Source: Hypanus sabinus (taxonomy: Eukaryota). Taken from it: a DNA stretch of 64,000 nt. The notes under the pieces were generated by a model. It worked only from the letters and a program-made list of their open reading frames with translations, did no database searches and had not been told where the DNA came from. The position numbers and the translations under genes are program-made. Within the stretch, counting starts at the first letter, position 1; each line of letters starts with the position of its first letter. The DNA lies in the NCBI RefSeq assembly GCF_030144855.1, contig NC_082714.1:18104001-18168000 (forward strand), in the 5' to 3' direction. This document shows, piece by piece, positions 49,469 through 62,407 of the stretch.

Positions 49469-49829
49469 TCTGTGGTCATCATGGGTAAAGTTTTACCCAT
49501 GAAAAGTAATTGAGCTACAATCTTTGTATAAAATGTAGCGCCTGCTCCCGCGGTGTAGTTGTGGGAACTGGCGCTGATGTATTTAAAGCGACACTGGAAG
49601 GAGAAAGCAACATAACTGAGGACTGGTATGAACGTTGTGGGTTGAAGACTCTGGTTCTGTGCTTAAAAGGTGGATGAAGTGAAGGCATAGTTTTGCTAAA
49701 TCTAAATACCACAGATGCTTGAAATGTGAAATAAAAAGAGAAAGTGCAGGTCAAGAGGCACCTGTGCAAAGGGAAACAGAACTTCATGAAGGACAGTCTG
49801 ATGCACATGCTCCCGACTTCAACCATGCT

Positions 49830-50815
49830 GAGGTTGGAAAGGTTGACAGCTTCAGGTTCCTAGGAGTGAATGTCACCAATAGCCTGTCCTGGTCCAACCA
49901 CCTAGACACCACTTAAGCTCACCAACTTCCTCAGGGGCTAAAGAAATTTGGCATGTCCTCATCGACTTTTACCAATTGTTAAAAATGCACCATGGAAAGC
50001 ATCATGCCTTAGTATGGTAACTGCTCTGCCAGTGACAATAAACTGTGGATGCAGCTCAGCATATCACAGAAGCCAGCCTCCCCTCCATGGACTCTTATGT
50101 ACTCTTCCTGCTGCTTAATTAGAGAAGCTAGCATAATCAAAGATCCTACCCACTCCAGACATTCTCTTTTCTCCCCTTCCATCAGACAGAAGATACCCCA
50201 ATGTCATTTGATTATTGAATGGTCTATTAGTACAATATGTTCCCTTGATGTCGCAATCTACCTCATTATGATCTTGCACCGGATTGTCTGCTTACTCCAC
50301 ACTTTCTCTATAGCTGTTGCACTTCATTTTGCATTGTGTTGTAATTTTTCTTTGTACTGCCTCAGTCTGAAGATACAACTCTACCAAAGGAGATGTCAGG
50401 CGCTCCTTCCCTCCGCTAGCCTGTAGATCACCGTTGGGCAAGGTATAGCATCTGCTTAGCCCCTCAATCAGGATCACGTGAAGCCATGGTCGTATGAGCA
50501 GCTGGTGCATATCGCAAGTCCTGGTTATGAGAACACTGATGCCAGGCAATCAATCCCTGAAAAGTGCTGATAATGGCTGGGGTCACCCATCTTTTAAAGA
50601 CACTGCCCAGAAGAAGGCAATGGCAAGCCACTTCTGTAGAAAATATTGCCAAGAACAATCATGATCGTAGAAAGAATGATCACCTACAACATATGACACA
50701 GCACATAACGTATGAACCAACTCCCTCAATGCACTGTATAATGGTTTGATCTGTATGAACAGTATGCAAAGCAAGCTTTTCACTGTATCTTGATGCATGT
50801 GGCAACAATAAACCA
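49830..50815 (+). mobile_element. Rex1-like 3' fragment interrupted by an RTE-related short element (~50365-50710)
   Basis: VDSFRFLGVNVTNSLSWSNH and IIKDPTHSRHSLFS remnants; the insert ends with gcaatggcaagccacttctgtag...gccaagaacaatc. Confidence 0.55.
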
Positions 50816-51814
50816 ATTCTAATTCCAATTAACTTAAAGGTAACCATTAAGAAGCAAAAATAGAGGAGGTGTCAGAGAGAGCAAAAGGGAAGTCTGTGTC
50901 TGGCTGGAATGAGGTTGATACTCCTGTTTCTTCTGGCCTCAGCTTCTCATTAAAATTTACTTTCCCCTCTAATTTTCCTGTTCAAATAACCAGAGGCACT
51001 GGTCTGCATTTTTCTGGAAATCGTGGCATTTCCCAGGTACGTTGTGTTTCAGAGCTACTGTATGATTTCCTGGCCAAGCTCACGGCCATTTTCTGATTCA
51101 ACTCCACTGCTAGACACCCTGTGGAGTCCAGAGGTGGCAATAGGCCCTGCTGAGAATCTCCAATATTCAGACTGTGAAATCTGCTCCCAGATCTTGTGGC
51201 CTTCCACAGGCCGAATGATGTTGATAAGGGTTGTGTGACTTCCAAGAAGAAAGATAAGGCAAAGCAAAGTTTTTTTCTTCAAAAAAATTACTTGTGTCTT
51301 ATTTAATGTCAAACTAATCCCTCCTGCCTCCACAGTGTCCATATTCTTCTATTTTGTGCCCATTCCTGTGCCTGTCCAAGAGCCTCTTGAATTCCTGTTG
51401 TATTTGTCTCCACCATCATCCAAAGCAGCACCTTACATTAAAGCATTAAAAACATTTTTAGTTAATTAATGTTTCTGTTTGACAGGGGTTTGAAACACTT
51501 CCAGACACCTAGAGCTTTGACACTTGACAGGGTGGTGATGGAGAGGATGACAGACAAGTTCAGTGGGTGAGTCCTGTTGTGGCTCTATTTCATCTCGTCA
51601 TGTCTGGGCTGCCACAGAGGACCTATCACTCAACTCTGCAGATGAAAAGTTCAAAGGGTTGCTAAAATGGGCAGGAAGGCTGAACAGTTGGATTAATTTA
51701 GTAAATCAGTATTTGAGTCAAGTGTTACCAAGAAGTTACTATATTTTGCAGGATGATTTTTGAGTTTCATAGTCACACAGCATGAAAACAGACCTTTCAG
51801 CCAAATCATAAACA

Positions 51815-52605
51815 TAAGAGCTTCTGCAAGTGCTGGAAATCCAAAGCAACACATACAAATGCTAGAGGAACTCAGAAGGTCAGGCAGTGTCTATGGAAAT
51901 GAATAAACAGCCAACACTTCAGGCTGAGACCCTTCATGAGGACTGGAGAGAAGGGGAACGATTCCAGAATAACAAAGTGGGGAGAGGGAAAGGAGTAGAC
52001 ACTAGAATGTGATAAGTGAAGCCCATCACCTCCCTGTGGTGGTGCCCCTCCTCCTAAGGTCAACTCTCCTCTATCAAATTCCTTCTTCTCCAGCCCTTTA
52101 CCTTTCCACCTATCACCTCCCAACTTCTTACTTATTCCCCTCCCCCACCCACCTGGCTTTACCTATCATCCTCTAAAGTGTACTTCTTCCCCTCCCTTAC
52201 ATTCTTATTCTTGCAGTTTCCCACTTCCATTCCAGTCCTTTGAAGAGTCTTGGCCTGAGTCTAATAGAAGGTGGTGGGGGGGAGGAGTACAAGCTATCCT
52301 CCCTTATTAGATACCTTCTTCAGCCCTTTAACTCTTATCTATCCCCTCCCAAATTATTTCATCCACTCACCTTCCCCATCTCATTAGATTTCAATTATCA
52401 TCTGCCAGCTTGTACTCCTTCTCTCACCTCTGCTCCACCATCTTATTCTGGCTTCTACCCCCCTTCCTTTCCAGTTCTGATGAAGGTCTTGGTCTGAAAA
52501 GACAATGGTTTATTCTCCACCATAGAGGAAAACTGACCTGCTGAGTCCCTCCAGCATTTTGTGAGTGTTGCTCAAGATTCCAGCATCAACAGAATCTCTT
52601 GTGCT
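51815..52605. mobile_element. Penelope-derived inverted-repeat cluster
   Basis: Terminal motif in opposite orientations (~51820-51945 and ~52470-52600) with decayed CTGATGA cores. Confidence 0.65.
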
Positions 52606-53054
52606 TAAGACAAACTGGAGACTAGTTAATCGTTTTAATTTCCTGGCAGCTGGGAGACAATATCAGACTGTTTCCTGACTTTCAAAACAATGAATATGAG
52701 TATCAAAAATGACAAGAAAATTAAGCAGATAATGGAAACAACCTGGTTGGCAAATAAGAACAAATTACACAGGAGGAACTGTTGAGTCATTAGTTGAATT
52801 ATGATTAATTTATATTGTTAACATGGTTGTTTTATGTTAATATCATCATTAACATGTGGAGGTTTGTTCAATTTTGCTCTGATTTACTACAACAAGGGAA
52901 CATCAATGCAGTATTTGAGCATAGAGGTAGAAAAATTTGGGGTAATGGAATCAAATCTGGATTCACAATTTCTTCATGAGACCAAGCTTCATCTAAGGGC
53001 TAATAATTAAAGTGTGGGTACAATGTATTGTTGTGGGTCTTATACTTCAAATAA

Positions 53055-53525
53055 GACTATAAGACCACAGATATAGGAGCAGAATTAAGTCATTCAGCCC
53101 ATCAAGTCTACTCTGCCATTCTATTATGGTTGATTTAACATCCCTTCAAACACATTCACCTGCCTTCTGCCCCGTAACCTTTGACGCCTTTACTAATCAG
53201 GAACCTATCAACCTCTGCTTTAAATGTATCCAATGACTTAGCCTCCACAGCTGTCAGTGGGAATAAATTCTACAGCTTCATCACCCTCTGGTTAAAGAAA
53301 TTTCTCCTCTACTCTGTTCTAAAGGAATGTGCTTGTATTCTGAGGCTATGCTCTCTGGTCCTAGTCTCCCTCACTGTAGGAAATACTCTTTCCAGGTCCA
53401 CTCTATCTAGGACTGTCAATATTCTCTAGGTTTCAATGAGATCTTCCCCCCCACCCCCACCATTCCTCTAAACACCTCTGAGTTTAGGCTCAGATCCATC
53501 AAATGCTCCTCACACATTAACTCTT
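53055..53525 (-). mobile_element. CR1-type LINE 3' fragment
   Basis: ataagact/ataagacc tail, aggagcagaatta terminus, similar to 37110-37600. Confidence 0.7.
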
Positions 53526-54846
53526 CCACTCATTATAAAAATAAATCTTAATTCTCCCATCTCATTACCATGATCAATATTTGAAAACAACTAATAATTG
53601 ATAAAAATAATAGGAAATATCTCCTAATATATTAAAACTAAGAGACTGAAATAGCTAACTATATATTGTTTGTAGTCATTAGAGAAAGTGACAAGGCTGG
53701 GGTCTTTAAATTTGGAACAAGTGGGAACAAAGGATTTAATTAAGGTGCAAAAGATTATTGAAAGTCTAGCTAGAGTGAACAGTTCCCATAGTAAATTGAT
53801 AAATGGGTCAGAGGAAGTTGAGAATTTTGGTTAAATACCCAGAATCACTGTCAACAGGAGTGGTAGAAGCAGAGTTTTTAGGCACATTTAACCAAGGCTT
53901 GGAGCTATAATCTCCAAAACTATGGATCAAATTTTGGTATATGGCTGTAACCATTTTTGTCTAGTATGATTATAATAAGTCAAATGGCTCCCTTCTGTGC
54001 CTTAAAATTCTATGATTGCATTAGATAGTGCTCCCCCTTATCCTAATCTCAACAGAAAAATGAAAACATACTGTAATTACCTTCTTAATTCTAACACCTT
54101 GTTCTCCTAACTTGTCCTAGTCTATTTGGATGTGCAATTTGTTTTCTAGAACTATCTTGGCATCATCAGAAATCAGTAATTCTTTAATTTATCTGTCAAT
54201 ACTTTATTTTTCATTATATATTTACTGTCTTTCTCTGAAAGGGGCCCATATTTGCTCTTAGTTGTCATTTTGGTAGACATGCCCTTGCAATGTGACATTT
54301 ACTTGCCAACAATCCACACGACATGAGCAATAGTCAGGATTTCAGGAGTCCATTTCACATTTTAAACTCAGTGACATTGAGACACTCTAGGGTCTGACAT
54401 GCAGTGGCAGAGTCGAGGCTGAGTAAAGGTTCCCTCAGGCTGGAGAGCAGTGAATTAAGAGCCATTGTCATAAGAGGTAAGCCACTTAGACAGAGAGAAA
54501 AAAATGAGAATTTCTTTATGCTGAAGATTATAAATATTTGGAATTCTCCTTCCAGAAGCCAGTTGATGCTCTGTTGTCGTGTACATTCAAGGTTAAATTG
54601 TGAATAAAGGGGATTCAATTTCCAACGTACTGGGAACAATAAAGTGCCAGGTAAATTAGTACCCTTAATAATAAATAGTTTGAGTTATTGCATAATACCT
54701 CAGCTGATATATCCTTGCCATTCACTGCATTAATTCCTTTTGTAGTAGCTTGCATTAGTAACTTAATTTTAATCACATGATTTTGTTTCACACTAAATCC
54801 CTTCCCTGTCCCATATCAACTGTGAGAGTATATCCCAACACGTGAC

Positions 54847-55065
54847 TGTAGTGTATTCAATATTTCATTAATATTTGAGTAATATTGTAAATATATTATT
54901 TGATTAAGCATTCTTTGGTTATTTACACAAGTCATTATGGACTATATGTAAAAAATACATGAATGGCATAGGTCATTATACCAACGCACCTCACTAATGA
55001 AAAAGGAAAGAGAAACTTTCCTGTGTTTTTCTTTTAATTAGTTTTTGAAGTTACAAAACGTAACA
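54847..55065 (+). repeat. Short solo LTR candidate
   Basis: TGTAGTG...CGTAACA ends; flanks gtgac / atgac (4 of 5 matching TSD). Confidence 0.5.
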
Positions 55066-55904
55066 ATGACTGATAGCTAACCTGCTGCAAAATATGCACA
55101 ATTATTGTACCGTATCTGGAACATTCCATATTTCTGAACCTGCACCTGGCTGCCAATATTCCTGGTGTTCACCAAAGCAATTTATAATTGCTATCACTTT
55201 TCTCCAAGAGTCATTTACATCATAATTTCTCCAAAAGTTGCAGAGTTCATCAACAACAGTGTAATTCACTTGAAAGGTAGAATACCAAGCTACTTAGTAC
55301 AATAATGGGTAGTTAGCAGCAACAGAACTCGGGAGTTCAGTGAGTCCATCTCTTACACCACCTCTGTGATTTCTACTGCTCTGTGAGTCTTTACCTATCA
55401 CCTTCTAGCTTGTGCTCCTTTTCCTCCACCCCCAACCTTCTTCTGGGTTCTTCCCCCTTTCTCCCCAGTCCTGATGAAGGCTACTGGCCCAAATTTCAAC
55501 TGTTTATTCCTTTCCATAGATACTGCCTGACCTGTTGAGTTCCTCCAGTATTTTGTGTTACCCTGGATTTCCAGCACCTGCTTAATCTCTTACGTTTTTC
55601 TACTTAGCTAGAGGCTTTAATGTCATAAGACATTGGAGAGAAAAAAAAGTGTCGTTTTAAGCAAAAAATCCAGAGGTTAAGGCCAACTCAACCTTCATTA
55701 TGGAGTGAGAAATGTTGGAGAGACACAAGGGGCTGAATTCAAAGAATGCAGAGTATTGTTAAAATTATAGGAACTGGGAAGCTATGGAGGAACTTCACAA
55801 ATCAAGGATCAACTTTATTCATCATACACATTTACATATATTAAGAATTTGCTGTGGTGAATTGGTGCAACATACGACAATAAAATTCTCACTATTATCA
55901 TTTC

Positions 55905-56630
55905 ATAGGACCTGTCCTCAGCCCCGTATGTATGTGCAATTATGAAGGAAACATGATTGCACCTCTACTTCCTTAGAAGTTTGCGAAGTTTTGAAATGAC
56001 ACCTAGAACTTTGACAAAATTCTGTAGATGTGTAGTGGAGAGTATATTGACTGGCTACATCACTGCCTGGTATAGAAACAACAATGCCCTTGAACAGAAA
56101 GTCCTACAAAAAGTAGTGGGTACGGTCTAGTCCATCATGAATGAAGCCCTCTCCACCATTGAGCACATTTAAACGGAGTGTCGCAGGAAAGCAGCATCTA
56201 TCATCAGGGATACCCAGGTCATGCTCTCTTCTCCCTGCTACCAACAGGAAGAAGGTACAGGAGCCTCAAGACTCACACCACCAGGTTCAGAAGCAGTTAC
56301 TACCCCTCAACCATCAGGCTCCTGAGGATAACTTCAATCAACTTCAATTGCCCCATCACTGAACTGTTCTCACGACCCGTGACTTTCAAGGGCTCTTCAA
56401 CTCATGTTCTTGATATTTATTGCTTATTTAATTATTATTTTTTTCTTTATTACTTTTTCTTTCTTTTCGTACTTGTTCAGTTTATTGTCTGCCCTGTTGG
56501 TGCAGTCTTTCATTGATTCTATTATTGTTATTAGATTTATTGAGTATGCCCCCAAGAAAAAGAACCTCAAGGTTGTATACAGTGATATATACAATATGTA
56601 CTTTGATAATAAATTTACTTCGAACTTTGA
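55905..56630 (+). mobile_element. Rex1/Babar-type LINE 3' fragment
   Basis: PGHALFSLLPTGRRYRSLKTHTTRFRSSYYPSTIRLL; aataaa and aactttga tail. Confidence 0.75.
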
Positions 56631-58296
56631 AAAATAAAGAATTATAAATAAAGTTAGAGTACCGATGTGGAAAAAAGTGCATAAATAAGTAAATATCAGC
56701 ATGTACTTAACAAGTAAACATCATTATAAATAGTGGTTTAAAGTGTTTATAGTCCAATGACTGGTGTAATAGATAGAGGAGGATGGGGGCTAACTAGAAA
56801 AGTTGATTAGATTAACTACCTGGAGTAAGAAATTTTAAAGCAGAGGTTGATACATTCTTGATTAGTAAGCGTGTCAAAGGGTATAAGGAGAAGACAAAAG
56901 ACTGGGGTTGAGAGGGATAAAAAAGCCAGCCATAATGCAATATCAGAGCAGACTTGATGGGCTGAATCGTCTACTTCTGCTCCTACATCTCATGGTCTTA
57001 AGATGGCATTAACTTTTTTAGTTAGTAACCATATAGTGCTTTCCAGAAGGAAACTTTTGGAAAAGACAGTTTGCTGGGTGGGCAGTGTCCACAACAGTTA
57101 AAAGCATTACTAGAGCAGCAACTAATGCAGTTTAGTAATCACTAAGTATGGATGAATGAGGTTGGGTATAAATTAAGACATGAATTGCAATTAACTCATG
57201 TGACAGGCAGCTTTGATTTTCTATCATGTGGACTTGCCTCTGGAATTAGGGGACATTAAGTACAGCACAATAATCCTTCACAGAAAAAAAAACTGCCAAG
57301 AATTTCACCCTCAGCCTGTATAATTGAAGTGTTACATGCTGCCATATAATTCTCATTGTGCTCTAATCCTTCCACTGATTTCAATCGGAATAAATATTAC
57401 AGGCCACACACAATACACAGTTGCTCCTAGGCAATAGAGAATGCAGTTCTGGGCAACTAATCCTAATGAAAGGCCACACACTAATTTATTGAGAATATCT
57501 AAAATGGCACACTTAGAAGCCAAGAAGCTGAGATGCCAGAAAGATAAATCATTTTGGAGATATTAGAGAAAGGCAGAGGCAAGAAAATAAATATTGACAG
57601 CTTTGACTGCTAAAGCTTCCAGCTGCTCTGGTTGAGAAACTGGGAGTTTCTTAACTTGACTTCACAACATCCTAGGTAGTTTAGTGATAGTGGCTCAACC
57701 TCTGTAACAATCACCCATATCTGTTCATCTGAAAATGCTAGTCGTTGATGTGAAGGTGGTATATGACCAACTGGAGCATTTTTGTTTTACAAAACATTTG
57801 TAACTTTTCCTCTTTTATATAAAAAAATGCATTCAAGCACAAAATAAAAGAAATAATCTATTGACAAAATGAACAGAAACCACTTGACGACACTAAGTCA
57901 AATGGTTCTGAAGAAGGGTCTTAGTCTAAAACGTCAACTGTTTACTCTTTTCCAAAGATGCTGTCTGACTTGCTGAGTTCCTCCAGCATTTGTATGTGTT
58001 GCAAATGAGTACTACATCACATTCATTGTGGGAAAAATACATTGAGGCAGTGTTTTAAAATGTTAAGAGAAGAAATTAACAGAGTTCTTTTTCTAACCTT
58101 TGGTGGCAAACCATCTTCATAAGCTGACCAGCTACAAGGATACACAATTCGTCTTCTTGTAGCAGTGAGAGCATGGCTCATCTTTGGATAACCTGGGGAA
58201 CTGTATACCGACATTAGCTTAGATGAACAAGAAATAACAACAATCTTCATGCCAATTATACTCTTCGCTGATAATTTACAATTTAATCACTACTTA

Positions 58297-59273
58297 AACT
58301 CAGTGGCTATTTTATTAAATACCTCCTACACCTAATAAAGTGGCCACTGAATATATACCTGCTTCAAAGTTTGTAGTGTTGTGCGTTCAGAGATGCACAT
58401 CACTTTGTAACACATAGTTATGAGTTACTAGTCACATTCCTGGCAGCTTGAACCAATCTGGCTATTCTCTGACCTCTCTCATTAACAAGGTGTTTCTTCC
58501 TTTTAGGAAGGATGTGGAAGCATTGGAAAGGGTATAGAGGAGATTTACCAGGATGCTGCCTGGTTTAGAGAGTATGGATTATGATCAGAAGTTAAGGGAG
58601 CTAGGGCTTTACTCTTCGGAGAGGAGGAGGATGAGAGGAGACATGATAGAAGTGTACAAGATATTAAGAGGAATAGACAGAATGGACAGCCAGTGCCTCT
58701 TCCCCAGGGCACCACTGCTCAGTACAAGAGGACATGGCTTTAAGGTAAGGGGAGGGAAGTTCAAGGGGGATATTAGAGGAAGGTTTTTCACTCAGAGAGT
58801 GGTTGGTGCGTGGAATGCACTGCCTGAGTCAGTGGTGGAGGCAGATTCACTAGTGAAATTTAAGAGACTATTAGTCAGGTATATGGAGGAATTTAAGGTG
58901 GGGGGTTATATGGGAGGCAGGGTTTGAGGGTCAGCACAACCTTGTGCGCTGAAGGGACTGTAATGTGCTGTATTATTCTATGTTCTACGTTCCCACAGAA
59001 CCACCGCTCACTGGATTTTTTTGTTTTTCACATTATTCTCTATAAAAACTTTTGTGTGTGAAAATCCAGGGGATCAGCAGTTTCTGAGATACTCAAACAA
59101 CCCCGTATGGCACCAACAATCATTCCCCAGTTAAAGTCACATTTCTTCCCTATCCTGATGTTTGGACTGAACCATGTCTCCGTGTTTTTATGCATTGCAT
59201 TGCTGCCAAATGATTAGCTGATTAGATATTTTGATTGCCAAGGTGTACAGGTGCATCTAATAGCCACTAAGTA
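58297..59273 (-). mobile_element. Internally deleted Tc1/mariner element, copy 3, interrupted by CR1
   Basis: actcagtggctattttatt / ctaatagccactaagt ends; same internal sequence as copies 1 and 2 (gatcagcagtttctgagatactc). Confidence 0.75.
58501..58989 (+). mobile_element. Young CR1-type LINE 3' fragment nested in Tc1 copy 3
   Basis: Unbroken ORF 58553-58927 (ERRRMRGDMIEVYKIL, TRGH, FFTQRVVGAWNALP); ttctatg tail; ttcc duplicated on both sides. Confidence 0.88.
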
Positions 59274-59942
59274 TATGTCACCATTAACTTCTACAGTTGT
59301 CAAAGATACATAATTGATTTGTCACTTCAATAGCGAAGATCACCAACACAATTCATGTCACTGTAGTCAATGGTGTTTATACTTTTTAAGTGACTCCTTA
59401 TTTTTAAAACATTTTTCTCAATAACCAAGACTTGATATATGAGTCCTGGGATAAAATGTCACATGGGATAATTGGATGAGTCTAGATGCACTGACAAGGA
59501 CTAGTGGTTATTAATTACAGTTGAACCTTTTCATCATCCTTAGCTTATTCCAAAGTTGATGCAACAATGAAATGCATTAAAACAAGATCAATTCTGGGCA
59601 TTTAAAAGTGTGGTTCAAACGCTTTTCCCAACCATCCAAAAGCAAAAAATTATAACTAATTCCAATTGTCTTAAATAATTATGCAAGGGATGTCCATTAC
59701 AGATTATTAGAAACCTTTCTATTTTAAGTTGTTTCAACAATCTTTTCCCCCTAATATGGTAATATTAGCAAAATTTATAAGAAGCACAGCACCTATACAT
59801 GAATGAAAGCAAAAATGATTTCACTGAGATGAAAGTCAGGTGAACTTTATAGCAAGTTATCAATCCTCTTTATGGGGCAGTTAAGTTGCCCTACTCGTTT
59901 CTCGATTCGTGTGCAACGGAAGGTTCCAGTGGATTTAAAGAG

Positions 59943-60123
59943 CAAACACGAGGAAATCTGCAGATGCTGGAAATTCAAACAACACCACACACAAAATGCT
60001 GGTGGAACACAACAGGACAGGCAGCATCGATAGGGAGAAGCGCTGTCGACGTTTCGGGCCGAGACCCTTCGTCAGGACTACATGCTGCCTGACCTGCTGT
60101 GTTCCACCAGCATTTTGTGTGTG
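59943..60123. mobile_element. Penelope-derived palindromic mini-element
   Basis: ~59986-60027 is inversely repeated at ~60082-60122. Confidence 0.75.
60045..60078 (-). ncRNA. Minimal type I hammerhead ribozyme motif (Penelope type), intact core
   Basis: Minus strand: GUC-CUGACGA-A-GGGU(CUCG)GCCC-GAAAC-GUC-GAC, i.e. both core boxes, stem II, a 3-bp stem I and a GUC cleavage triplet. Confidence 0.7.
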
Positions 60124-60289
60124 GTCCCAGTGGATGGCCATTTTATCTCCTTTTTTCACTCATCAAAGTATGGCTAAGTTGATCTGCTAGGTATTTGTCG
60201 GGTTATTCCTAGCCTGGCATTTGAAATACAATTCAAGCGCTTGATACAAGTAACCAGGACATTAAAGTTGTTGCTATTTGATGCCCTTC

Positions 60290-60700
60290 TTTCTACGTAG
60301 GCGCGGAGCAAGAACTAAAGGGAGTAGTGTATTTAGGTATTTTAAAGAGTCACGTTAAGTATGGAGAACGTCGAACAACATCCAGAGCCGGAGCAACGAA
60401 CCGGACCCGCCGAGACGAAGACGCATGCGCACCCGAAAGCCCGCGCGAAAGAAAAGCGAGCCCTCCGCGCGTAGGAGGCCCAATCGATAGGCCGCGCGAT
60501 CGATCGGCCGCATGCGCACTTACCAATTCTCGCAATCAATCCCGATCGGTTCATTCCTCTCCCCCCATAGCCGGGAACCTCAGAGGAGTGGAAGGGAATG
60601 AGTGAGGTAAACTGAGAAAAATATGATGAAATGTCTATCCTGCTTGGTACGGGCCGACTGCCGCAGGGCGTGGGGGTATATACGGATCAGTGCTCCTTTG
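60290..60700. promoter_or_regulatory. Second CpG-island promoter, gene unassigned
   Basis: CpG-dense. NRF1-like CGCATGCGC at ~60422 and ~60509, E2F-like GCGCGAAA at ~60443, CCAAT at ~60480 and ~60523. Confidence 0.75.
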
Positions 60701-61633
60701 GGTCATATTTCAGATCTGTGCTGAGGATCAAAGATAAAGCACTGTGATATCAGCTTCCTGACCACATTCGTTAGAAGAGAAAGTTACTCACAGAATCAGC
60801 CAGTCATTTAATATCACTTGTGAATCGTTCTAGCCTGGTTGAAGTTTTCCGTTGACATCTCTCGCCTTTGCTGACCAGCAATCGTCAATGTTTAAATATT
60901 TATATCCCAGGTTTTTTTCAGCTCTCTTCTACGAACTGGTTTGCCTTCAGGTTAAGCAGTCCTACACTGTTGGGGAAGAAAAGGCAAAAGGATATGAATT
61001 GATTTCTTTATAGCTATGAACATTGTTTCAATATGTTTGCAGGAGAGGTTGGCAGAGCCATCCTTAACTGACCTTGAGAAGGTGGTTGTGAGCCACACAA
61101 CAGTTCCAGGAATTAGATCCAGTAGAGAAGAATAAACCGATTCCAGAGCAGGGTAGCATGCAAATTGGAGGGAAATCTAGAGATGGCTGCATGTGCATGC
61201 ACTTGATGCCCTTGTCCTCCTTGATGGCAGATGTTGCCTGTGATTTTGGGAGATTGCTGTCAAAGTAGTCTAGACAAGTAAATGCAGTGCAATTTTTTGA
61301 TGGTACACACTACAATTATTGTATACTAGCAATGAAAGAAACAGACAGACAGTGCACATTGATGGATTGCTTTGTCCTTCATTGATCTTCTTGACTATTT
61401 TTGGAATTGCACTTCTCAGGGCAGGTAGGCAATATTCCATCACATCCTTGGCTTGTACCTGTACCTGAAGATGTACTTTAAACTATCTCCCCATGAGCTA
61501 GAAAGTCTTTCTAAAATTAAAAGAAACATTGGAGTTACCATCAATGTATTCATTTTGGTGTGCTGTGACTGGAAAAAAAATGTAAGGAATTTCCTAGCAT
61601 TCCCCCCAATCCTGTATCATGAGGAATTCATCT

Positions 61634-62407
61634 TGTTATGCCTGCAGCCCCCTCCTTTGTGAGAATTGCAAGATCACTGTTGGGTTGGGTCAGGGGGCCC
61701 AGGAAATGAGAGAGAGAGATGTGCGGAATGTCTCGTTCCCCCGGCGATGTAAAGCTACGGGACATGGCCATTGTCTCCGGAAGGCGAATTTGTGGATTGG
61801 AGACTGTACTACATGGACGCCCTCAGGCAAAGTGGGCTGGTTGAGGGAGAGATTGCATCACCCCCAACCTGATTGACATCTACGACCCTGCGAGTCGGGA
61901 TAAAAGAGGGTCTGTGGGAACAGCCCCTCAGATGCACCAGAAGAAACACTAGCACTCCCATGATAGCAGGAAGCCAATTGAAGGAGGCCACATGCGTTCA
62001 GTTCCGTTGCCTGGGACTGGTGGCTTGTAACACGGAAAACGGCTTTCAGCTAACAATGGGGAAACCAACTCCCCGACTCAAAGGATTGGCATCATAAAAG
62101 ACCTGGGCAAGTTAAACCGTCTCTCTCTTAAACCCAAAATGCTGCAGCTTGAACGAACTAACAGTGACTTTTATATTTCCATCGGACAATACATTATCCC
62201 CTAGACAATGATAAAGCTATTTCTTATTGGTTATTATTATATCCGCACTTTAGATTTAGTATTGACGACGTATATTATCTGTATGTTTGTATTAATCTTA
62301 TCTTTGTGCCGCTTTATCAATAAATACTTTTAAAAATAGTACCATCAGACTTCAACAGACCTCTCTATCTTTGCTGGTAAGTGACCCAGTTACGGGGCTT
62401 CGTAACA
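61634..62407 (+). repeat. Solo LTR (~774 bp)
   Basis: Inverted termini TGTTATG...CGTAACA; flanks atct / atgt; GATAAAAG at ~61899; AATAAA at ~62319; no PBS or internal region follows. Confidence 0.75.

Noticed and set aside
49480-49501. Palindrome catgggtaaagttttacccatg at the LINE 5' junction
   Set aside because: Short and single, and no TSD could be matched; probably a junction by-product.
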